Shown one piece after another: positions 54,720 to 64,000 of a stretch of DNA of 64,000 bases. The position numbers were made by a program, and so were the translations under genes. The notes beneath the pieces are model-generated. The model saw only the letters and a list, made by a program, of their open reading frames with translations. It was not told the origin of the DNA and made no database searches. The stretch covers positions 67,518,001 through 67,582,000 of the forward strand of contig OZ024742.1 in NCBI GenBank assembly GCA_964016885.1, given 5' to 3'. This stretch comes from Eledone cirrhosa (lineage: Eukaryota). The first letter of the stretch is position 1, and each line of letters begins with the position of its first letter.

Positions 54720-57700
54720 TACTCCTACTGTTGGCCCTCCATGCTCACCACCAAGAAATCCAAAGAAAAAGAGAGAAAAATGGTCAAGGGAAGATAATAA
54801 AGGAGTCCTTGAGGCTTTCTACACTGCCATGTACAAATACATCGAATACAGAACAGACATATATCAACTGGAAAAAGAAACATCCCGAAAACAGAGGCTA
54901 TATTGACAGTAACAAACTAGCCAATATACGAAGAAATATTGTAAGAAAAAAGTTACTAACTGATATAGAAATTGATCAGATCAAGCTATTAGCACAAAGT
55001 CAGCGAAGGGAAAATGAAACATGTGTCAGTGAAAACGAGGTAAACTGTAACACTTCGAATCCCAGGGTTGGGGCGGAATCACTGGCAACAGAACAAATTA
55101 AAGAAAGGATCGAAAAAGTGGAGGGAGTGCATGCTCAGGATGAAACTCCAAATGAAAATAATGAGATCGTAAATGATAAAGAAATGAATGATAATGAACT
55201 TGCCAACTTGAAGGATGAAATTATGATCGAATGGATGAAAATGAAAGAATCTGACATGGGGCAACGAGACACCCTCCCTAAGATCCAGAACTCCAAACAG
55301 AACCAAAAGATAATACACAAGACTAACATAATTCTCAAAAACATTATCATCACAAACAAACTAAACATTACTGATTTAAATGATCTCTATTATGCATCGG
55401 CTAAAGTCACCACTCACTTATGTGGAGTGAAGATGAAAAAACAAAGGAATGCCCACAAGAAATCTACTTGGCAAGAGAACATCAATCGCCAAATAAACCT
55501 TCTCCGATCTGACATAGAAATTTTAACAAACTATAAAGTAGGTGAACATGTTAAACAAACTAAACTTAGAAAATTGAAAAAAAAGTACAGTATAAAATCA
55601 ACATGTGACATAGACATGCTGATAGAAATAATCAAGCAAAAAGTGTCGGCCAAAGCTGCTCGTATAAGGCGCTTTGAAAAACGATCTAGATTCTATAAGG
55701 ACAATAATATGTTCAAAAACAACCAAAGAAACTTCTACAGAAAAATTGGTAAGTCAACAATAACTGCTAAATCAATACCACCCAAGGAGGAAGTGCAAGA
55801 ATTCTGGGAAAAGATCTGGGCCGAAGAAAAAGTTCATAACATACATGCGCCATGGATAGACAGACAAATGAAAGATACAGCTCACCTTGAGGAACAAATA
55901 TGGGAAAATATAACAGTTGAACAGTTGCGCTTGGCTCTAAGAAAAACCAGCAAATGGAAATCCCCAGGAAAAGACAAAATACAGAACTTTTGGATAAATG
56001 CCTTCACAGAGTCTCATGAGCTGTTAGCCCAACTTTACAATGAAATAGTTAAGGAGCCAGAAAAGATACCATCATGGCTAGTTAACGGCATTACATTCCT
56101 GCTTCCGAAGAATGATGAGACAAACAATCCCAAAATTTACAGACCGATAACTTGCTTGACCACAATGTATAAAATGTTAACATCAGTCCTAACTGAATAC
56201 ACATATGACCACCTGATAACAAATGACCTATTTCCCATTGAGCAGAAAGGGTGTAAACGAGGCTCATATGGCTGTAAGGATCAGCTTCTGGTTAACAAAA
56301 TGATACTGGAAGATTGTCATAATAGACACAAAAATCTATCGATTGCTTGGATAGATTATAAAAAAGCATTCGATAGTTTGCCACACAGTTGGATTGAAAA
56401 ATGTTTAGAGATTTTCAAAATATCCCCCGTTGTCAGGAGTTTCTTGTCATTCAGTATGAAGACATGGAAAACGACACTCCTTTTGAATAGTGAAACAAAA
56501 TCACTGGAAGCTGGAGAAGTTAATATTAATTGTGGAATTTTTCAGGGTGACTCTTTATCACCGCTTTTATTCTGCATCGCACTTATACCATTAAGTAAAA
56601 TGCTCAATGAAACAAAACATGGATATAAAGTCTATGACAAAACCATTAATCACCTGTTCTACATGGATGACATGAAACTATTTGCAAAAAATGATGAACA
56701 ATTGCAAGGGCTATTATCCACTGTGAAGCAGTTCAGTGATGACATTAAAATGGAGTTTGGACTAGATAAATGCGCCAAAGCAACGTTCACCAGAGGAAAG
56801 CTGCTGAAGAGTTCAGACATTAATCTTGACCGGGGGAACGTGATAAGAGAACTTGATCAAGAAAAAACTTGCAAATATCTAGGTGTTTATGAAGGAGACG
56901 GAATCAAACACTTGACAATGAGGGAAAGGATAAGGAAGAAATGTTACCGCAGAGTAAGAGCAATCTTAAGAACGGAATTGAATGCAAGGAATAGGATCGA
57001 TGCCATAAACACGCTTGCCATACCAGTAGTAACCTACAGTTACAATGTCATCAACTGGTCAAGCACAGAGATCCGTAGGCTCGATACAAAAATTCGAAAT
57101 TTCTTAAACATGCACAGAATGCATCACCCTAAGGCAGATATAGATAGAATATATCTCCCTAGGAAAGAAGGAGGACGTGGGTTAATCCAGTTAGACATTG
57201 CGTTGAAAACTGCAACAATTGGATTATCTACATATCTAAGGGAATCACATGATTGGATGATCAAACTCGTTTTGAAACACGAAAGCATCAAAAGATCATA
57301 TTCCATTACAAAAGATGCACAAAGATACAGTAATGGACTACAAATTTCAGAAGTCCCATTTACTGCTGAAATGGAAAATACAGAAAAAGCAAAGCAGGTA
57401 AAAGTAACTGCAAAGAAAGAACTGTACAGAAACTGGCTAAGAAATGGCAAGAAAAGCCTCTGTATGGAAAATACCCAGAGCGAGCTAACAATCCTGATGT
57501 TGACAAAACTTTAACCCATCAGTGGTTGGCATCCTCTGAACTGAAATCGGAGACTGAAGGACTGATTATATCGGCACAAGATCAGTGTCTGCCAACAAAA
57601 AATTACCAAGCCAACATAATAAAAAATGGGTGCAGCCCATTATGCCGTGTATACAAAAAACAACCAGAGACCATTGACCATATAATTTCAATGTGCAGTC

Positions 57701-58352
57701 CTATAGCTCCAACCGAATACCTAAACAGGCATGACAGAGCTGCACAATACATACATTGGATACTGTGTAAGCATTTTGACCTGCCCCATCAAAAGAATTG
57801 GTGGGAGCATCAACCACCTCCCATACTTGAAAAAGATCACATCTCAATCTTGTGGAACATTAGCATCCAAACAGACCGAAAAATAGATGCAAATAGACCT
57901 GATATAATATTGAAGGACTTTCAAAAGAGGGTATGCCTGCTAATTGATATGTCTGTTCCAATAGACAAGAATGTATCTATAAAAACATTTGAAAAATTGA
58001 GCAAGTATAAGGACCTGGAGATAGAAATTGGAAAAATGTGGAAATTGAGAACTAAAACAATACCAGTGGTTGTAGGCGCTCTGGGAATGATACCTAAGGG
58101 GTCTAATGATTACTTATCGCAAATCCCAGGAAACCCGCGTATAGGAGAAATAAAAAAGATAGTACTAATGGGAACTGCCCATATACTAAGGAAGATTCTG
58201 TCAATATGAATACATCACAAGTCTAAACACTGAAGATGCATGTGTGAATATGTATGTTCTTTCTTGAACATGGCGGACCTTGTTGTCTCTTGAGGTCACT
58301 GGTTGTGACTTGGTGATAACTCGTATGAACATAAAGCAAGATAAATGCAACT

Positions 58353-58355
<3 letters not shown>
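54720..58355 (+). mobile_element. R4/Dong-like non-LTR retrotransposon (RT + RLE), in (AAT)n
   Basis: KWKSPGKD, YRPITCL, EQKG, WIDYKKAFDSLPH, GIFQGDSLSP, HLFYMDD, KYLG, EGGRGL; then a mutated CCHC (CRVY..ETIDHIISMC) and RLE (RPDI...IDMSVP...K..KY). Frameshifts near 54840 and 57430. Confidence 0.95.
54731..58209 (+). pseudogene. R4/Dong-like polyprotein, frameshifted
   Basis: ORFs 54731-57514 and 57526-58209 form one RT-ZnF-RLE protein; N-terminal KWSREDN...EAFY in another frame at ~54778. Confidence 0.92.
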
Positions 58356-58398
<43 letters not shown>

Positions 58399-58422
58399 TT
58401 ATAATAATATTAATAATAATAA

Positions 58423-58665
58423 TGGAACTACCATGAAGTCAAAGTGGTCGCGATTGTCATAGGCGCACTAGGTACTATCTCAAAAAGTTTCTAGGGATGG
58501 CTAAAGAGAATTGGCCCCGCCCCGCTTTTTGGAACACTTCAAAAGGCATGCTTGATACGTCCTGAATATCTGAGGCTGCAGGTAGTGGCTTGATATTCAT
58601 TTCAACAAACTTTCCAGTTAACTAACATCAATGCCTGAGACTCAAAGAACAATAATAATAATAAT
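58423..58665 (+). mobile_element. Short 3' fragment of a second Dong-like family
   Basis: Closely similar to 59533-59780 (IVIGALGTISK...LFGTLQKACL, 3' UTR); AAT tail. Confidence 0.88.
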
Positions 58666-59795
58666 GATTCTGAAATGGAATGTTGATGAAGAAAAAGAAA
58701 TGGATAGGAAGATTAGGAAGCTATTGACTACATGTTCCACAAGAGGAATGATGTCGATAGACTCTACCTAAAGAGATCTGAAGGTGGAAGAGGTCATATC
58801 AGCATAGAGGACTGTGTTCAGATAGAGAAAAACAACCTGCACAAATACGTGACTGACAGTAGGGACCCAATGCTCAGAATTGTACTGAAGGAGAGGACAA
58901 TAGACCAGGGGACGTCCAAGGAGGAAATAACAACAAGGAGGTAGAGCAACCTTCATGAAAAATCCCTTCATAGTACCGTCTTTGAGAAAACTGAATTTAG
59001 AGATCCACAGGCATGGAACTGGTTAAAAAGAGGAGTCCTTGAAAAGGCTACAGAAGGAATGCTAATGGCTGCGCAAGAACAGGCCCTCAGAACGAAGTGG
59101 GGAAACACCATATTTACAAGGAGGAGGCTAGCCCACTGTGTAGGATCTGTGGAGAGAGGAGAGTGTGGCTCACATTGTATCCGAGGGTAAACACCTAGCC
59201 CAGGCTCATTATAAAGGCTGGAGACATGATGTGATGGGCAGGGTGATTCACTAGTACCTATGCAAAGCAAACAATTTACCACATTCTGAGAAGTGGTATG
59301 ATCATAAGCCAGAGTCGGTGATAGAAAACGATCAGGTGAAGGTGTTATGGGATTTTAGGATACAGACAGAGAAGAAACTGGAACACAATAGGCCTGATCT
59401 GGTGGTTTTGGACAAGGAAAAAAGATCGTGTCTGATTGTGGATGTGGCCTGCCCATTTGACACGAGAGTGCAAGAAAAGGAGAGTTAGAAATTAACCGAT
59501 ACCAGGACTTAAAGTGGGAGGTAAAAAGGATTTGGAACTGCCATGAAGTCAGAGTCGTCCCGATTGTCATAGGCGCACTAGGTACTATCTCAAAAAGTTT
59601 CCACGGATGGTTTAAGAAAATTAGTCCAGCCGCGCTTTTTGGAACACTTCAAAAGGCGTGCTTGCTGGGAACAGCAATAACCCTCCGATACGTCCTGAAT
59701 ATCTGAGGCTGCAGGTAGCGGCTTGATATTGATTTCAAAAAACTTTCCAGTTAAATAACATCAATGACTGACACTCAAATAATAATAATAATATA
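58666..59795 (+). mobile_element. 5'-truncated, decayed Dong-like copy (second family)
   Basis: DVDRLYLKRSEGGRG, TEGMLMAAQEQALRT, RPDLVV...IVDVACPFD, VPIVIGALG; several frameshifts; AAT tail. Confidence 0.9.
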
Positions 59796-60006
59796 ATACA
59801 AGGACGATTTGTTAAGCCTTCATTACGTCTATTGATCGGTGACAGGCGTTTCGCTATTGATTGTTTAAAGGTTCAAACTCTATCGATCAGGTCCAACTCT
59901 GGAATCAAAAGCTCGTCGGACCTCTGCTGCTGTAATGACAGAATGAACCTGGGTGGACCTACAGAAACTTCACGTTACACTCCCTTTGTATATATATATG
60001 TGTGTA

Positions 60007-60084
<78 letters not shown>

Positions 60085-60248
60085 GGATATCAGTGAGAAA
60101 ATATGCTCCTAACCATTAGACGTGTCCGTCGAACCTGCGGGTCCAGAATCAAACAGATCCACTCAATGATCGCGTCTCGAACTGTCCGCCAGCGAAACAA
60201 TTGTAACACACAATAAATTGAGTTCAGATGCATCACTGATTTTTCGTT

Positions 60249-60342
<94 letters not shown>

Positions 60343-60410
60343 TATACAAATGGCACAGTATAGTGACGGAATATATTAATAGTTTTACGCTGGATCTAGT
60401 AGGAAATGTG

Positions 60411-60446
60411 TCTCAACGTTTTGGATGCTAGCCCGTCATCAGAAAA
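60411..60446 (-). ncRNA. Decayed minimal hammerhead-like motif
   Basis: TTTT CTGATGA C GG GCTAGCAT CC AAAA CG TT GAGA; G12>A is consistent with CpG decay; weak helix I. Confidence 0.35.
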
Positions 60447-61209
60447 TAGAATGTGAAAAATTAAAGAAGAATTAGAAATATAGAGATGACTGGGCAGTGG
60501 CGCAAATGAGAAAGATGTTTAAGAGTAAATACAGATCTGTTCACGAAGCTGTCTCTTGCAAAACTGTTGATGCTGGCGTTGTTATGTAAGATGATCTTGT
60601 TTTAACTGAAAAGGAAGACAATTTTGTATATAGGGCGTGTACATGTGCGAGTGCATATGTGTATGTGTTTGTTATTCGCCCGTACAAATTTAAGGGGATA
60701 TGTATGTGTATTTGTTAATTTAAGAGTGTTTGTTTGAGAGTTTGTAAGTACCAAGCTGCGTGCATATATGTGTGTATATAGGTTTGTGTGTATGTGTGTG
60801 CATGTGTGTGTATGTATGTTTTTGTGTTAGTTCTTGGTCCGAACTGAACGGTGGATGTAGTTGTACAGCTATGTGTTTGTTTTGTTGGTCTGTATAAGCT
60901 GTAAGAATGTGTATTTTTGAACATAAAACCATAGGTACATAAGGAATGAAAGTATGCGCACGTGTTTGACAGTGGACAATGTAGGAGTGACAGTGGTTTG
61001 GGCAGAGAATAAGCACGATCATATGCATATAAGATTAAAGGAATTGTGAAGGGGAATTGAATCCATTAGGGAAACAGTACCCACGGCGAAAAATTAGACT
61101 CTGCTCAGTCCTGATACGCGTGGCCTGTGATGTGTGATGTAAAAGAACACAATTGACTGAGACATATACGGAGCATTGTCCTGGAGAAGGGAAATGACGA
61201 GCGAGGCAT

Positions 61210-61267
<58 letters not shown>

Positions 61268-61285
61268 ACACACACACACAATCAC

Positions 61286-61319
<34 letters not shown>

Positions 61320-61634
61320 GAAGCCTACATCGTCAATCTGATGGCCTTGTGTTGTGACTCCAGATCCATTGATATGTACCAGTCTATATGCTATAGTCGC
61401 CACTCGCTTGGTACTGTGGGTACTGTGGCATGACGAGGATGAATGCACATATATACAAACGTATATGAATATTTGATTACCTTTAGGCGCACTACAGGAT
61501 GTCCGTTGACACATCTGGGTACATCTGTCTTTGTCCTAGGAAACCCCACCGAAGTCTGCTTACCGAGGAAGGTGGTTTTGGGATACTCCGCGAAAGGAAA
61601 AACAATACCCTCCAAAGGACATATTCAAACTTGC

Positions 61635-61683
<49 letters not shown>

Positions 61684-61719
61684 TGTATCCTCACCGAAGA
61701 CACGATGATGTGACTGGTT

Positions 61720-62200
61720 TAAAAGATGCGGTTTAAGGATTTCATAAAAGACAATCTTAAAGTTCTGAAGAAAAATTGTTGAGACTGGTTGAAGACTGTA
61801 CATCATGGAGATAGATCATCAAACATGGATGTGTTATCTTCCAATCTTCCAGAAAAGGCGAGCGGAGCTTGCTGATTTGAAGTACTCACTTCGTATGTGA
61901 GGCACAAGTACAGTGCCTGCGTACAGTGCCTGCGAAAATCCAGCAGAAATTGAGGTGCAATGTTTTGGGCAGATTTCTTCTAACAAGTGGTGGGTTTGTT
62001 AACTATCTGAAATCATATGAACCAGGGCGAAATCGAGCCAGCTGTGAGATTGTTTTACCACCACACACACCACGGTACATTCGCAGTGAGTGTGCCTTAA
62101 TTTGCAAGTCATCGAGTGAAGTAACTGACTAAATGCATAAAGACACACCCCAACTGGTTTTGCCATGAGGCGGACAGTTTAGGTGTCACATCTGTTGACG
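61720..62200 (+). pseudogene. Decayed RTE-like 3' remnant
   Basis: KMRFKDFIKDNLK, EDCTSWR and two degenerate C2H2-like stretches (CNVLGR...GFVNYLKS; ECALICKS). Confidence 0.45.
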
Positions 62201-62900
62201 TATCTGTAAAACAAAAGCGGTTCTGAAAATCACGTGGGTGCACATGATCGTGCAGTTTTCAATGAAAAAATAGCATATATATTTATTTATTTATATATAT
62301 ATAAGATGCCAGACCTCATCCACTTGCTGAGAGGGGTGGACCGCGTCAAATAGGACCGAGAAAACAATGTTTCCATTGGTCTTTCCATTGCTGATACTAT
62401 CTACTGGCAGAAGGTGCAACGTGAAATAAAGTATCTTGCTCAAGGACACAACACATCATCCAGACCGAAGGCAGCTCCACACACACACACACACACATAT
62501 ATATATACATGTGTAAAACTTAAAACTAAAACTGAATACTAACCAATACTTATTACTAATTTATACTTATTCCTAATTAAACTATTTTTTACTGGGAAAA
62601 ATTTGTCACCATTTTCTTTTCCTTTAACTAATATATTTATATATATACACATATACTTATATACTTGTATACGTATTAAGAACTCTATCTTTTTCAAATA
62701 TGTATTGAAAATATAAATGTGCAAGGTTCATATTTTTAAAATTTCTATTATATTTCCTTATGAGTTCTTACTGTGTGGAGGAAGTAACGCAATGCTAAAC
62801 CCCTGACATTATTCCGAGTGCTTTATGGTACCATCTTCTATATAAGAATGGAAATGTTATTGGCGACTACTTCTCTTGCTTTCTAGTGGTAATAAAATAA

Positions 62901-63092
62901 AATTGTTTCTACTTTTGGCACAAGGCCAGCAATTATCCCAGTGCATTACTGGTACTTTATTTTATCGACCCCGTAAGGATGAAAGGCAAAGTTAACCTCG
63001 GCGGGATTTGAACTCATAATGGCAAGGGCCGTAACTCTATGCGTCAAAGCATGGCGTCCGACCCTCTACCGATACTGCCAATCCACCGCCCC
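62901..63092 (-). mobile_element. SINE S1, full length, with 17-bp TSD
   Basis: TSD ctagtggtaataaaata at 62883-62899 and 63092-63108. Confidence 0.95.
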
Positions 63093-63737
63093 TAGTGGTA
63101 ATAAAATATAATGAGTGTATTTGAACTATGATGGACGTCTAATTTATAACTATTCCATGGTTCAAGCATGATGGATCTTACAATTAATTCCACGTGTCTT
63201 GTTACTGCGTGTTTTATATTTCTCTATCTGTAAAGATACCAAAATTACTCCCCTTGTTTCATGATGGAATCTACATAGCATTATAATCATGTTATTGTCA
63301 ATTCTTTTTCACTTTACGTATAATATATTGCGATGGATCATCGTTGCGAAGCATGAACAACCAATGAGAAAAGGCAGACTTGTTTATTCAATGTAATATT
63401 GATTCATGAAATTTACATGTGCATGTTTACAATATATGCCTACATTACATTGGTCATCTGATTTACCTCCAGTGGCTAACTAGTTTATGATTTCCTATCG
63501 ATGAGGATTTTTCGTTTTAACTTTTAGAATGTTTTAAATACATTCTCATTACGAGTTTCTGTTTAGAAACAACATATGTTGAGTTCCATTTTATGAATTT
63601 TTTAATGATTATTCGTCCATTCTATAACTGAAGAGCGTTTTTAGTCTGTATACTCCAGTCATCATATCAGCTTGTCTAAATTATTTCTTGTATTTTTCGT
63701 TGGTATTGTCAACTGCTGATTTGGATTATCCACAATT

Positions 63738-64000
63738 AATGCTTTCTTTATTAACCACAAGTGTTTACACAAAGTAGACATTAAGGACAGTACAGGACAA
63801 TACAAGACGGTACAAATGGGCATTTCTGCGTGTGAAGAAACAAAAAACAGAGGTTGTAACAAAAAAGGAACAATGAATAATTCCCCAATGGGGGGGGGGG
63901 GTTCCGAGGGCCATCATGGAGAAAGCCCATTAAGAAAAGCCACGGTGACCCTGACCACCAGGGTAAGTGCCCTCTCCCAGTTTTCCACCTTTAATTTACA
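63738..64000 (-). mobile_element. 3' end of another Tx1-like copy (runs off the window)
   Basis: Matches 46620-46803 with an extra ~85 bp segment (aattccccaatggggg...) absent from the 46.7 kb copy. Confidence 0.9.

Noticed and set aside
47818-57450. Antisense ORFs over the LINEs (e.g. 47818-48327, 50573-51340, 57124-57450)
   Set aside because: Shadow frames of retrotransposon coding strands.

Overview
This is AT-rich, microsatellite-saturated eukaryotic DNA. The SINE families and repeat texture suggest a coleoid cephalopod, probably an octopus (inference). No host protein-coding gene can be supported, and almost all ORF-track entries are translations of (TA)n/(CA)n/(AAT)n tracts. The window is a retroelement graveyard. 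It holds (i) at least seven Penelope-like element (PLE; RT + GIY-YIG) copies or fragments, several Naiad-type, usually with inverted pseudo-LTRs; (ii) a ~13 kb stack of Tx1-like LINEs (minus strand) and R4/Dong-like RLE LINEs (plus strand), joined through (AAT)n tracts; (iii) about 13 copies of one tRNA-derived SINE, two non-autonomous Helitrons, and RTE and mariner remnants. The most notable signal is a set of type I hammerhead ribozyme folds in the PLE pseudo-LTRs. Four dissimilar families carry a 57-103 nt, apparently structured insert in helix II together with a self-complementary helix III, and two of them use the compensatory U3-A8 core. Compact hammerheads with a U-U at the base of helix II also occur. 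Other highlights: a ~2.1 kb inverted duplication preserving empty and filled (TA)n sites for two PLE insertions; a 164-bp inverted templated copy at the 5' junction of the Dong-like element; and TGA codons at conserved Cys positions in two Naiad-type copies. All structures were read by eye; no alignment, folding or database search was run.
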